A DNA stretch of 64,000 nt from an uncultured Chloroflexia bacterium (GTDB lineage Bacteria; Chloroflexota; Limnocylindria; Limnocylindrales; CSP1-4), in contig OY970218.1 of the NCBI GenBank assembly GCA_963713975.1, forward strand, positions 736,001 through 800,000, read 5' to 3'. The notes beneath the pieces were generated by a model. It was given only the letters and a program-made list of their open reading frames with translations, ran no database searches and had not been told where the DNA came from. The position numbers and the translations under genes are program-made. Positions 1 to 9,092 of this stretch are shown here, in pieces (the stretch's first letter is position 1; each line of letters starts with the position of its first letter).

Positions 1-98
1 GGGCGCACTTCCGGCTGGGCTACGGCTGGCCCTCGCTCACCGAGCTACGCGAGGGCCTGGACGCGATCGATGCCACCCTCGACGAGGTCGCCGGGTAG
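1..98 (+). CDS. 3' end of a probable PLP-dependent class I/II aminotransferase (partial, runs off the window)
   Basis: Frame from position 3 reads AHFRLGYGWPSLTELREGLDAIDATLDEVAG*. FRLGY...L..GL is typical of the C-terminus of fold-type I aminotransferases. Only 31 aa are visible. Confidence 0.5.
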   Translation, partial: AHFRLGYGWPSLTELREGLDAIDATLDEVAG

Positions 99-140
99 CC
101 GTCGGGGACGGCCTCGATGCCGCCCCCTCGCAATGGGAGG

Positions 141-731
141 CTAGTTCGACGTGATCGTCACGTCACTGGCCGTGATCGGGCCCTGGGCCGGAGCGCCGTC
201 GGTGGTGGGCGCCGCGCTCGCATCGGGAGCACGCCCACCGCCGAGGCCGGCGACGGAGACCGAGACCTTGGTGCCTGGCGTGACGTCCGCCACGGTCGCG
301 GCGGTCTGGCCGTGGTACGTGGACCCGGAGGTGTCGACCGCGGTCTCGGTGCCGTCGGCGGTCGTGATCGTCATGGTGGATCCGTCAATGCCGATCACGG
401 TCCCGGTGATCGTCATGGTCCGGTCGTCGAGCCCGCCCGGCACCCCGGCGGGTGCGCCGTTGGCCGGGTCGAAGCTGGTGGCGGGCCCGCTCCCCGGCTG
501 GTCCGTGAGCCCGGCCTGCGCGCGGGCGCCGAATGTTTCGACCGCGGCGGGCGCGGTGGTGCGACCGACAGCGAAGGTGATGCCCCCCACCGCCACCACG
601 AGCGCGACGACGAGCAGGACGTTGGACGCGCCGCCCCGCTTCTTCGGCTTCGGGGCCTGCGCGAGGGTCGGGACGCCGGCGGGTACATGATCGGCTTGGG
701 TTGTCGCCCGGTCGATGTTGGGATCGGTCAT
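141..731 (-). CDS. Membrane-anchored protein with a small C-terminal beta domain (DUF5666-like), last gene of the ABC operon
   Basis: ATG at 731, 10 bp after the permease stop. Basic patch plus one TM helix (KKRGGASNVLLVVALVVAVGGITFAVG), then ITGTVIGIDGSTMTITTADG...ADVTPGTKVSV. Confidence 0.6.
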   Translation of the reverse strand: MTDPNIDRATTQADHVPAGVPTLAQAPKPKKRGGASNVLLVVALVVAVGGITFAVGRTTAPAAVETFGARAQAGLTDQPGSGPATSFDPANGAPAGVPGGLDDRTMTITGTVIGIDGSTMTITTADGTETAVDTSGSTYHGQTAATVADVTPGTKVSVSVAGLGGGRAPDASAAPTTDGAPAQGPITASDVTITSN

Positions 732-741
732 CGGTTGTCTC

Positions 742-1959
742 CTATTCGAAGCGGAGTGCGGCGATGGGGTTGAGGCGAGCGGCCTGCCGCGCGGGCCACA
801 CTCCGAAGACGACGCCGACGACCAGCGAGAAGAGGGTCGCGGCAACGAGGGTCACGGGGTTGAAGGTGAAGCCCCAGCCGGCCAGGGCGCCGATAACAGC
901 GGAGGCGGCGAGGCCCACGAGCACGCCGATGAGCCCGCCCAGGAGCGACAGCACCAGGGCTTCCACCAGGAACTGGAGGAGGATGTCCCGGTTCCGTGCG
1001 CCGATCGCCTTGCGGATCCCGATCTCACGGGTCCGCTCGCGGACGGAGACCAGCATGATGTTCATGATCCCGATGCCGCCGACGATCAACGAGATCGAGG
1101 CGACGCCGGCAAGGAGCACGGTCAGCAGGCTGTAGACGGAGGTTGCCGTGCTCAGCAGCTGCGTCTGATCTGCCACGCTGAAGTCGTCGCTCGCGTCGGC
1201 GGCAATCCCATGGCGTTCCTCGAGCAGGGCCGTGACATCGGCCTTGACGGCCTCCATCTCGGCTGCGTTGGCGACCGAGACGCCGATGGATCGGACCCCG
1301 GACGACGATGAGCCGGTGAAGTACCGCTTGAGCGTGCTCACCGGGATCAGGACCTGGTCGTCGGCGCTGGTGCTGGTCGTGGTGCCCTTGGCCTGCAGGA
1401 TGCCGACGACCTCGAACGGGATCCCGTCGATGCTGATCTCGGAGCCGATGGCATTCACGCCCAGCTCGAGGTCATCAGCGGTGGTGGAGCCCAGGACGGC
1501 GACTCGCAGCCCCTGTTCGACCGAGGTGTCGGTGAGGAAGCTGCCCTGCCACAGGTCGTACGCCCGGACCGTGGGGTAGGCCTGCGTGGTGCCCAGGATG
1601 GTGGTGGTGGTGTTGAGATCGCCGGCGACCACGAAGGCGGATGTGGAGAGCTCCGGCGACACGGCAGCGACACCGTCGACCGCCTCGACCGCGGTGGCGT
1701 CCGCGAGCGTCAGCGTGGTGGCGGAGCCTGCGGCACCCCGTGTGCCGCCCGAGAATGTGGACCCGGCGTTGATCGTGAGCAGGTTGGTGCCGAGGCTCGT
1801 GATCCGGTTCGTGATCCCCGACGAGGCGCCCTGGCCAACCGCCACGAGGGCTACGACGGAGGCCACGCCGATGATGATCCCGAGCATCGTCAAGGCGGAC
1901 CGGATACGGCTCGTGCCCAGGCGGGAGATGGCGAGCCTGATCAGCTCAAGGAATCTCAT
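742..1959 (-). CDS. MacB/FtsX-family ABC transporter permease
   Basis: RSALTMLGIIIGVASVV, GGIGIMNIMLVSVRERTREIGIRKAIGA and PARQAARLNPIAALRFE are the MacB/YknZ-type motifs. Confidence 0.95.
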   Translation of the reverse strand: MRFLELIRLAISRLGTSRIRSALTMLGIIIGVASVVALVAVGQGASSGITNRITSLGTNLLTINAGSTFSGGTRGAAGSATTLTLADATAVEAVDGVAAVSPELSTSAFVVAGDLNTTTTILGTTQAYPTVRAYDLWQGSFLTDTSVEQGLRVAVLGSTTADDLELGVNAIGSEISIDGIPFEVVGILQAKGTTTSTSADDQVLIPVSTLKRYFTGSSSSGVRSIGVSVANAAEMEAVKADVTALLEERHGIAADASDDFSVADQTQLLSTATSVYSLLTVLLAGVASISLIVGGIGIMNIMLVSVRERTREIGIRKAIGARNRDILLQFLVEALVLSLLGGLIGVLVGLAASAVIGALAGWGFTFNPVTLVAATLFSLVVGVVFGVWPARQAARLNPIAALRFE

Positions 1960-2630
1960 GCCGCGATCCGTCCGTCGCGCACGTGGACCTGGCGGTTTGC
2001 CAGGGCGGCCACGTCCGCGTCGTGGGTGATCAGGACGACGGTCCGGCCGGCGTCGTTGAGCTCGCGCAGGACGCGCATGACGTCCTCCCCCGATGCGCTG
2101 TCAAGATTGCCTGTGGGCTCGTCCGCGAGGATGAGGCGCGGTTCCGTGACCAGCGCCCGGGCGATGGCAACGCGCTGCTGCTGGCCGCCCGACAGCTCGG
2201 CTGGCTCATGGTCCATGCGGTCCGCGAGGCCCAGCCGCTCCAGGGCGGCGGCGGCCCGCGTCAGCCGTTCCGTCCTGCCCACGCCCTGGTAGAGCAGGGG
2301 GGTTGCGACGTTCTCGATCGCGGTAGTGCGCGAGAGGAGGTTGTAGCTCTGGAAGACGAAGCCGATCGTCCGACTTCGCACGGCGGCGAGGCCATCGTCG
2401 TCGAGATCCTCCACGGCGATCCCGTCCAGGACGTAGCGGCCCGAGGTCGGGCGGTCCAGGCAGCCCAGGATGTTCATGAGGGTGGACTTCCCGGATCCGG
2501 ACGGGCCTACGATGGCGAGGAACTCGCCTTCCTCGACCCGCAGGCTGGCATCTGCCAAGGCGTGAACCTGGACCCGTCCCAGGTCGTAGGTGCGGGTCAC
2601 CGCGTCAAGATCGATGAGCGGACCGCTCAT
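1956..2630 (-). CDS. ABC transporter ATP-binding protein (MacB/LolD type)
   Basis: Walker A GPSGSGKST, signature LSGGQQQRVAIARAL, Walker B ILADEPTGNLD. Overlaps both neighbours by 4 bp. Confidence 0.97.
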   Translation of the reverse strand: MSGPLIDLDAVTRTYDLGRVQVHALADASLRVEEGEFLAIVGPSGSGKSTLMNILGCLDRPTSGRYVLDGIAVEDLDDDGLAAVRSRTIGFVFQSYNLLSRTTAIENVATPLLYQGVGRTERLTRAAAALERLGLADRMDHEPAELSGGQQQRVAIARALVTEPRLILADEPTGNLDSASGEDVMRVLRELNDAGRTVVLITHDADVAALANRQVHVRDGRIAA

Positions 2631-4294
2631 GGCTGGCTCTGCGTGTCTGCGGGCGGGCCGGCGGCGGGCGGGCCGCCGGCCGGGCTGCCACCCGTTCCCG
2701 ACAGGTCGCCGAAGCCTCCGCCCAGCGCGTCGCGGGTTCCGGACGTCGTGGTCGTGGCGGTGGAGGTGCGATCGGCCGAGGTACCGGTGACCACAGCCTC
2801 ACCGTCGCTGAGGCCGCTGGTGATCTGGGCGAGGTCCGAGGTCACGAGGCCCACCTCTACGCTGCGGTTCTCGAGGGTCCCATCCGCGTTGAGGACACGC
2901 ACCGTGTATCTGCCCGACGTGCCGGAGACCGCGATCGCCGGCACCGCCACGGTGTCGTCCGCTTCGGCGATCACGATGGTGACCTCCGCCGACATGCCGG
3001 GGAGGGGGCTCGATGCCGTCGCTGCCGGGGCCACTGGCGTCGTGGCCACGGTGGCGGCGGAGCCGGTGCCTGCGGAGGCCACGGGCACGGCGTCGTCGTC
3101 CAGGGTGACGACCACCGTGTAGGCGACGACGGTGGACGAGCCGGAGGTCGTGGCCACGGGGTCGATGGCGGTCACCGTGCCGCTGGCCGTGTCGCCGGTG
3201 GCCGAGATGGCGATGTTCGCCGTCTGACCCACCTTGACCTCAAGGATGTCGTCCTCGCTGACGGTGGTGCTGAGGGCGAGTCGGGTGGACTGGAGCTCGA
3301 TGGCGGTGCCCGTGCTGTCGACACCATCCACGGCATTGACCGCGGTGATCCGGCCGTCGATCGGGGCCGTGATCGTCGTCGCCGCAAGGGCCGCCTCGGC
3401 GTCGGCCAGGGCGGTCTCGGCGTTGAGGATGGCAACGTCGTCCGCGGCGATGGTTGCGTCGTCGGCGGTGGCGGTCGAGGTCTTGTAGTTGCGCGTCGCG
3501 GACGTGACCGTCAGCTTCGCGTTGGTGATCTGGCTCGCCGCCTGGCGGTTGCTGCTGGCGGCCTGAAGCCGGATGGATGCCAGGCTCTGCCGAGCCTGCG
3601 TGATCGCGGCCTCATCCTGGCTGAGCGTCTGCGCAGGAGCGCCGCTCTTCTTGTCCGACGCGTACTGCGACTTCGCCGTGGAGAGAGCCTGCTTGGCGTG
3701 CTTGATCGACAGGTTGTTCTGAGCGACCGTGCTCGAGTACGAGGAACGGGCCTGGCTGAGCTGCTGCTTGGCGCTGGTGACCTGATCCTTCGCGGTGGCC
3801 CGACTGGTCGAGGTCCCGCCGGCCAGATCGGTCTTGAGCAATGCCTGGGCCGCGGCCAGATTCGCCTCGGCAACGCGGACCGCCAGCTCGGCCGACTTGT
3901 CGTCGGCCACGGCCAGGACGGTGCCCGCCGTGACGATGTCACCGACAGAGACATTCACGGAGGTCACCGGCCAGCTCACGGCCAGCGCGGACGTGCCGGA
4001 TGTGGTCTCCGCGGGGGAGGTGGCAACCGTCGCGGTTGACGACGTTCCGGTGGTCCTGGAGGTATCGGTGCCGCTCGTGGCGACCGGCGTCTCGCCGAAG
4101 GCGAGGTCGTAGATCGTGGCGGCGACCAGGCTCCCGCTGGCAACGGCCGTCTGCTGCACCGTGGTGGTCGTGGCCTGTGACGTGCGGTAGGTCTCGGACG
4201 AGGCCGGGGTGCTGCCGACGCCCAGGGCGGTGACGCCGACGGCGCCCACGCCGACGGTGATGAGCCCGACGGCCGCGAGGGCCTTGATGTTCAT
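2627..4294 (-). CDS. MacA/HlyD-type membrane-fusion (adaptor) protein
   Basis: N-terminal TM segment, lipoyl half-motifs (VNVSVGDIVTAGTVLA; ITAPIDGRITAVN), long coiled-coil hairpin, PGMSAEVTI and VEVGLVTSDLAQITSGLSDGEAVV. Confidence 0.9.
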   Translation of the reverse strand: MNIKALAAVGLITVGVGAVGVTALGVGSTPASSETYRTSQATTTTVQQTAVASGSLVAATIYDLAFGETPVATSGTDTSRTTGTSSTATVATSPAETTSGTSALAVSWPVTSVNVSVGDIVTAGTVLAVADDKSAELAVRVAEANLAAAQALLKTDLAGGTSTSRATAKDQVTSAKQQLSQARSSYSSTVAQNNLSIKHAKQALSTAKSQYASDKKSGAPAQTLSQDEAAITQARQSLASIRLQAASSNRQAASQITNAKLTVTSATRNYKTSTATADDATIAADDVAILNAETALADAEAALAATTITAPIDGRITAVNAVDGVDSTGTAIELQSTRLALSTTVSEDDILEVKVGQTANIAISATGDTASGTVTAIDPVATTSGSSTVVAYTVVVTLDDDAVPVASAGTGSAATVATTPVAPAATASSPLPGMSAEVTIVIAEADDTVAVPAIAVSGTSGRYTVRVLNADGTLENRSVEVGLVTSDLAQITSGLSDGEAVVTGTSADRTSTATTTTSGTRDALGGGFGDLSGTGGSPAGGPPAAGPPADTQSQP

Positions 4295-4445
4295 GCGCAG
4301 TTCTCCAGGTGGCGCTCTTGCCTGTCCGGCTGCGGAACGGCCGAACAGAACGGGAGTGGGGAGGGATCCCCGACGAGGAGTGTGCGCAGGGCTTCCTTGC
4401 GGTCTCGTTACCGCGTCGTGGTCAGATCAGCGACGACTCGCGAGC

Positions 4446-5489
4446 TTACGGGCGCTGGTCCGTGCTCGGCTTCGCCCACAGGTTGACGCCACCCTCGACC
4501 GCGTGGCGGTCGATCTCGGCAAGCTCGTCCTGGGTGAAGTCCAGCTTCGCCACGACCCCGAGGTTCTCGCGGACCTGCTCCGGCGAGCTCGCGCCGATCA
4601 GCGTCGTGGTGACACGGGGATCGCGCAGCACCCAGGCATAGGCCATCTGCGCCAGCGTCTGGCCACGGCCCCTGGCGATCTCGTTGAGAGCACGAACTCG
4701 GGCCAGGTTCTCCTCGGACAGCGTCTCCCTGGGGAAGGAATTGCCACCGGGCCGGTTGATCCGAGCGTTCGCCGGGATCCCGTCCAGGTACTTGTCCGTG
4801 AGCAGCCCCTGGGCGAGCGCCGTGAACGCAATCGCGCCGGCGCCGACGTCCTCCAGGGTGTCGAGGAGATCCGCCTCCACCCAGCGGTTGAACAGGTTGT
4901 AGGCGGGCTGGTGGATCAGCAGCGGCACGCCCTCCGTGGCGAGGAGCGAGGCCGCCTCGCGGGTCTTCCCGGCGGAGTAGGACGAGATGCCGACGTACAG
5001 CGCCTTGCCCTGGTGGACGGCGTGGGCGAGTGCGGCCATCGTCTCGTCGAGCGGCGTGTCCGGGTCAAACCGGTGGGAGTAGAAGATGTCGAAGTACTCC
5101 ACGCCGACACGCCGCAGGCTCTGGTCGAGGCTCGCCAGCACGTACTTGCGCGAGCCGCCACCCTGGCCGTAGGGGCCCGGCCACATGTCCCAGCCCGCCT
5201 TGCTGGAGATGACCAGCTCGTCCCGGTGGGCGGCGAGGTCCTCGCGCAGGATCCGGCCGAAGTTGACCTCGGCCGAACCGTACGGCGGTCCATAGTTGTT
5301 GGCCAGGTCCATGTGCGTGATGCCGGCATCGAAGGCCGTCCGGACGATTGCCTTCTGGGTCTCCATCGGCGTGGTGTCGCCGAAGTTGTGCCACAGGCCG
5401 AGGGACAGTACGGGCAGCTGCAGCCCGCTCGCGCCACAGGTGCGGTAGACCATCGAGTCGTAGCGGTCGGTCGCGGGAAGGTACGGCAC
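4446..5489 (-). CDS. Aldo/keto reductase (YghZ/L-glyceraldehyde 3-phosphate reductase-like)
   Basis: LSLGLWHNFG, DLANNYGPPYGSAE, SSKAGWDMWPGPYG, DIFYSHRFDPDTPL, IHQPAYNLFNRW. Confidence 0.93.
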   Translation of the reverse strand: MPYLPATDRYDSMVYRTCGASGLQLPVLSLGLWHNFGDTTPMETQKAIVRTAFDAGITHMDLANNYGPPYGSAEVNFGRILREDLAAHRDELVISSKAGWDMWPGPYGQGGGSRKYVLASLDQSLRRVGVEYFDIFYSHRFDPDTPLDETMAALAHAVHQGKALYVGISSYSAGKTREAASLLATEGVPLLIHQPAYNLFNRWVEADLLDTLEDVGAGAIAFTALAQGLLTDKYLDGIPANARINRPGGNSFPRETLSEENLARVRALNEIARGRGQTLAQMAYAWVLRDPRVTTTLIGASSPEQVRENLGVVAKLDFTQDELAEIDRHAVEGGVNLWAKPSTDQRP

Positions 5490-5661
5490 CTTGGGCCTCC
5501 GGGTGGTGGTGAGGTGGCCGTGGCCACGCCTGCTGGTTCCACCCTAGCGCGGGTCGCAGGGAGCGTGCACCATCAGCCGACGACCGGCCCCATAATCGGG
5601 CGGGGTGGTCAGCTCGCCGGCCGGCGGGTCCGGATCGCCCGACCAGACGAAGGAGCGGCCG

Positions 5662-6792
5662 ATGGCACGGGCGAAGCGGGTCGGCATCCTGACGGCAGGC
5701 GGCGACAGCCCCGGCCTCAACGCGGCCATCCGCGGCTTTGGAAAGGCGGCCATCGGCCACCACGGCATGCGCCTGCTCGGGTTCCGGGACGGGTTCCGGG
5801 GCCTCGCGGAGGACCGCTTCATCGACCTCGACGCCCGCGCCCTTGCCGGCATCCTGACGGTCGGTGGCACGATCCTGGGCACCAGCCGCGACAAGCCGCA
5901 CCGGATGACGGTCGACGGCACCACCGTCGACATGACCGAGACGATCGTACGGACGTACCGGCGGCACCGCCTGGACGCCCTCGTGTGCATCGGCGGCAAC
6001 GGGACGGCGAAGAACAGCCTGCGCCTGGTCAAGGCTGGCCTGAACATCGTGATGCTGCCCAAGACGATCGACAACGACGTGGTGGAGACGGACGCGACGA
6101 TCGGGTTCTCGACCTCGCTCACGATCGCCACGGAGGCCATCGACCGCCTCCACAGCACGGCCCACAGCCATCACAGGATCATCCTGGCGGAGGTCATGGG
6201 CCACCGGGCCGGCTGGCTGACGCTGGCCGCAGGCATCGCCGGTGGTGCGGACGTGATCCTGATCCCCGAGATCCCTTATCGCATCGACAGCGTCGTCGGC
6301 GCGATCCGGCGGCGCACGGAGTCGGGCACGAACTTCAGCATCATCGCGGTCGCCGAGGGCGCCCGGGACGTCGACACCAACCTGCGCTACCAGGGCATGG
6401 TCGCCCGTCGCAAGGCCACCGACTCGGGCACTCCCGAGCGGGCGGTTGCAGACGCCGAGCTGGCCGCCTTCGATGCCGACCACACCGGCCACTCGCTGCG
6501 CCTCGCGCACCAGCTGGAGGCCCTCACCGGCCTGGAGTCGCGCGTCTCGATCCTGGGCTACGTGCAGCGCGGCGGGACGCCTTCCCCCATCGATCGGGTG
6601 CTCGCCGCGCGCCTCGGCAACGCGGGCGCGGACCTCGTGGCCGGGGGCACGTTCGGGATCATGGTGGCGGCCGAAGGCGAGGGCACCCGAACCGTGCCGC
6701 TGGAGCTCGTCGGAGGGCGACTGAAGACCGTTCCGCTGGAGCACTCACTGGTCGCGACCGCGCGCAACGTGGGCACCTGCCTCGGCGACTGA
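5662..6792 (+). CDS. pfkA: 6-phosphofructokinase (group III-like, probably ATP-dependent)
   Basis: RBS AAGGAG before ATG 5662. [55 protein letters not shown]. Confidence 0.93.
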   Translation: MARAKRVGILTAGGDSPGLNAAIRGFGKAAIGHHGMRLLGFRDGFRGLAEDRFIDLDARALAGILTVGGTILGTSRDKPHRMTVDGTTVDMTETIVRTYRRHRLDALVCIGGNGTAKNSLRLVKAGLNIVMLPKTIDNDVVETDATIGFSTSLTIATEAIDRLHSTAHSHHRIILAEVMGHRAGWLTLAAGIAGGADVILIPEIPYRIDSVVGAIRRRTESGTNFSIIAVAEGARDVDTNLRYQGMVARRKATDSGTPERAVADAELAAFDADHTGHSLRLAHQLEALTGLESRVSILGYVQRGGTPSPIDRVLAARLGNAGADLVAGGTFGIMVAAEGEGTRTVPLELVGGRLKTVPLEHSLVATARNVGTCLGD

Positions 6793-6832
6793 CCCGGGCG
6801 CGAGTAGCTGCGGGGCGCGCTGTCCCCCTTCT

Positions 6833-6982
6833 GTGCCTCCCATCGGTTCAACGGTCAGGTGAACTGCGGTTCCACCCGCTCAGTGGAACGTTTGTCGGAT
6901 GGCACGCCTCCCCCGCCCGACAGATGTGCCTGCCAGCGGCGCAAACCGGGATGCACCCGACCGTTGCGCCGCCCAGCGGCTC
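6833..6982 (-). repeat. Dispersed intergenic palindromic repeat, copy 1 of 4 (reverse orientation)
   Basis: Reverse complement of 6836-6978 (143 bp) aligns without gaps to 61258-61400 (about 75% identity by manual count). Lies between convergent genes. Confidence 0.88.
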
Positions 6983-7051
6983 GCGGCCGTTCGACAGCGG
7001 CGAAGCGGAGCACGGGGCAACCGGCCGTCCCGTCCGGAGCCGCTGCCCCGG

Positions 7052-7390
7052 CTAGAACCCGGCGCCGGCCGCGCCGCTCTCCGTAACGGTGCCGTCGGCC
7101 GTCTCGACGAGCCGCGGAGCGCCCCGCTCGGCGCGAAGGCGGTTCGCGTACTCCAGGCTGCCCTTGGCGCCGGACGCAACATCGGCGCGGGCGGGGATCA
7201 CGTTGTTGAAGTAGTCGTGATGGGCAACCGATCCCAGGACGCAGGTTCCGTCCTCGAGGGCACGTTCGATCGCGCGCGGGAGCTCGCCTTGCTGCTTCCA
7301 GCCCTCGCCGTTGTCGATCAGGTGCTGCAGGAATGCGACGGGGTAATGATCCAGGCCGTCCTGGACGTTCTCGGGGTTGAAGTCGGTCAA
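7052..7390 (-). CDS. Hypothetical protein (112 aa)
   Basis: TTG start after AAAGGG, with TACAAT further upstream (about 7446-7451). Protein-like composition (LQHLIDNGEGWKQQGELPRAIERALEDGTCVLG...DYFNNVIPARADV). Confidence 0.65.
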   Translation of the reverse strand: MTDFNPENVQDGLDHYPVAFLQHLIDNGEGWKQQGELPRAIERALEDGTCVLGSVAHHDYFNNVIPARADVASGAKGSLEYANRLRAERGAPRLVETADGTVTESGAAGAGF

Positions 7391-7508
7391 GGAGGAGCCC
7401 TTTCGTCCTGAGGGGCGGGGATGGGAGGTGGGACGCCTCCGCAGCATTGTAGGGCCGCCGGCCGAGCGAGACCGCCCGTGTCACCGCGCCGGGCTACCAT
7501 CGCCGGGC

Positions 7509-8261
7509 ATGGCTCCCGAGGCGCTCGTCTTCCTGTTCATCGCGGGCGTCGCCGCCGGGATCGTCAGCGTCCTTGTGAGCCTCGCGTCGCTGATCTCGTA
7601 CCCCGCGCTCCTTGCCGTGGGCCTGCCGCCGGTCTCCGCCAACGTGACCAACACGGTGGCCCTTGTGTTCACGGGGGTCGGGGCCGGGCTGGGGTCGCGA
7701 CGGGAGCTCGTCGGGCTGGGCCCGCTCCTCGCCCGGCTCGCGATCGCGGCGGCCGTCGGCGGGCTGACGGGCGCAACCCTGCTGCTGATCCTGCCGAGCC
7801 GCGTGTTCGAGCTGGTGGCCCCATGGCTGATCGCCGGGGCCTCGATCCTGGTCCTGGTCCAGCCCCGTCTCCGCACGCTCCGGGTCGCCCGCGCACCCGG
7901 GATGCGGCCGCTGACCGTCGCCGTGTACACGGCCACCGCCGTCTACACGGGCTACTTCGGGGCCGCGGGCGGCATCCTCGCGCTCGTCGCGCTGAGCTCG
8001 ATCATCGCGCGTCCGTACCACGACGTGAACGCCTCCAAGAACACGCTGGCGGCGGTGTCCAACGGGGCCGCGGCCCTGCTGTTCATCCTGCTGGGCCCCG
8101 TGGAGTGGGCGTCGGTCGTGCCGCTCGCGGCGGGGCTGTTCGTGGGCGGCCTGATCGGCCCGGCGATCGCCCGTCGCGTGCCGGCCGCCTTGCTGCGGGT
8201 GCTCGTCGCCGCCTGCGGGCTGGCCGTCGCCGCGGTGCTCGCCTGGGGGACGTACCGCTAG
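7509..8261 (+). CDS. TauE/SafE (TSUP) family transporter
   Basis: About 8 TM helices, SLISYPALL..GLPPVSANVTNTVAL, VYTGYFGAAGGI, NASKN. Probably leaderless (TACCAT 8 nt before ATG). Confidence 0.9.
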   Translation: MAPEALVFLFIAGVAAGIVSVLVSLASLISYPALLAVGLPPVSANVTNTVALVFTGVGAGLGSRRELVGLGPLLARLAIAAAVGGLTGATLLLILPSRVFELVAPWLIAGASILVLVQPRLRTLRVARAPGMRPLTVAVYTATAVYTGYFGAAGGILALVALSSIIARPYHDVNASKNTLAAVSNGAAALLFILLGPVEWASVVPLAAGLFVGGLIGPAIARRVPAALLRVLVAACGLAVAAVLAWGTYR

Positions 8262-8276
8262 GGGCGACGGCCGTGC

Positions 8277-9092
8277 TCAGGGCAGCGGCTCGAGGACGTC
8301 GCCCACCTTCACCAGACCCGGTCGCTCCACCTCGGCGTACATCCCGAACGGGACACCGCGCGGCTCATGCATCAGCGGCCGGTACTCCGAGATCCGCTTG
8401 AGCGTGTCGAAGTCCTTGTCACCGGTGTCCGGGTCCCGTGTGGTCGCCACGCAGCGCGGCACGGGCCCCAGGATCCGCACGACGGCGTCCCCGATCCGGA
8501 CGGAGCTTCCCTCCCAGCCATCCTCCTCGTACGGCACGCAGCCGTCCAGCTCCAGGTTCATCCGGAAGCGGCGCGGGTCCAGGTCCGGCCGCCCGCTCCG
8601 AGTCCCGAGATCCGCGACGGAGGCCAACGAGACGAGCGAGAGCCGGTGGACGTCAGGGCCGTCTCCCTCCGCGTCGGCGCAGACCAGCCGCAGTGGCCGG
8701 CCGGTGAACGCTGCGATCGCCTCTGCGGCGTGTCCCTCGACGAACCGCCCCGGAACCGGGCGGCCGTAGAAGTCCGTCACGTGCCGGGTCCCGAGATCTT
8801 GCGTGCTCGAGACCGCCTCCGTCCCATCGGGCAGCTCGATCCTGAGCGTCCCGGCGTCGGCGTCCCAGGTCACTTCCAGCCGCATCAGGAGACCGAGATC
8901 GCCACAGCTGAACAGGGCGCCGCCATCATCGACGAGGTGGAAACGGCGGTTGCCGGGAATGCCCAGCCGCGTGAGCTCGACGGTCCCGGGATGCAGCAGG
9001 CGCGTTCCCTTCAGGGGTGTGACATTGAATCGCGCCACGCGCGGCGCCAGGCCACAAGCCGCCTTCCCGGGTCCCGGGCTCGCGCCGCTCAT
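8277..9092 (-). CDS. MOSC-domain protein (N-terminal beta-barrel plus MOSC)
   Basis: VTPLKG, GIPGNRRFHLVD, DPRRFRMNL, conserved Cys in VPRCVATTRDPDTG, FGMYAEVERPGLVKVGD. Confidence 0.9.
   Translation of the reverse strand: MSGASPGPGKAACGLAPRVARFNVTPLKGTRLLHPGTVELTRLGIPGNRRFHLVDDGGALFSCGDLGLLMRLEVTWDADAGTLRIELPDGTEAVSSTQDLGTRHVTDFYGRPVPGRFVEGHAAEAIAAFTGRPLRLVCADAEGDGPDVHRLSLVSLASVADLGTRSGRPDLDPRRFRMNLELDGCVPYEEDGWEGSSVRIGDAVVRILGPVPRCVATTRDPDTGDKDFDTLKRISEYRPLMHEPRGVPFGMYAEVERPGLVKVGDVLEPLP

Noticed and set aside
4209-7055. Long alternative ORFs, e.g. 948 aa at 4209-7055, 728 aa at 10255-12441, 710 aa at 55306-57438 and 689 aa at 58582-60651
   Set aside because: These are shadow frames of well-supported genes. 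They are Arg/Gly/Pro-rich with no motifs, as expected at this GC content.
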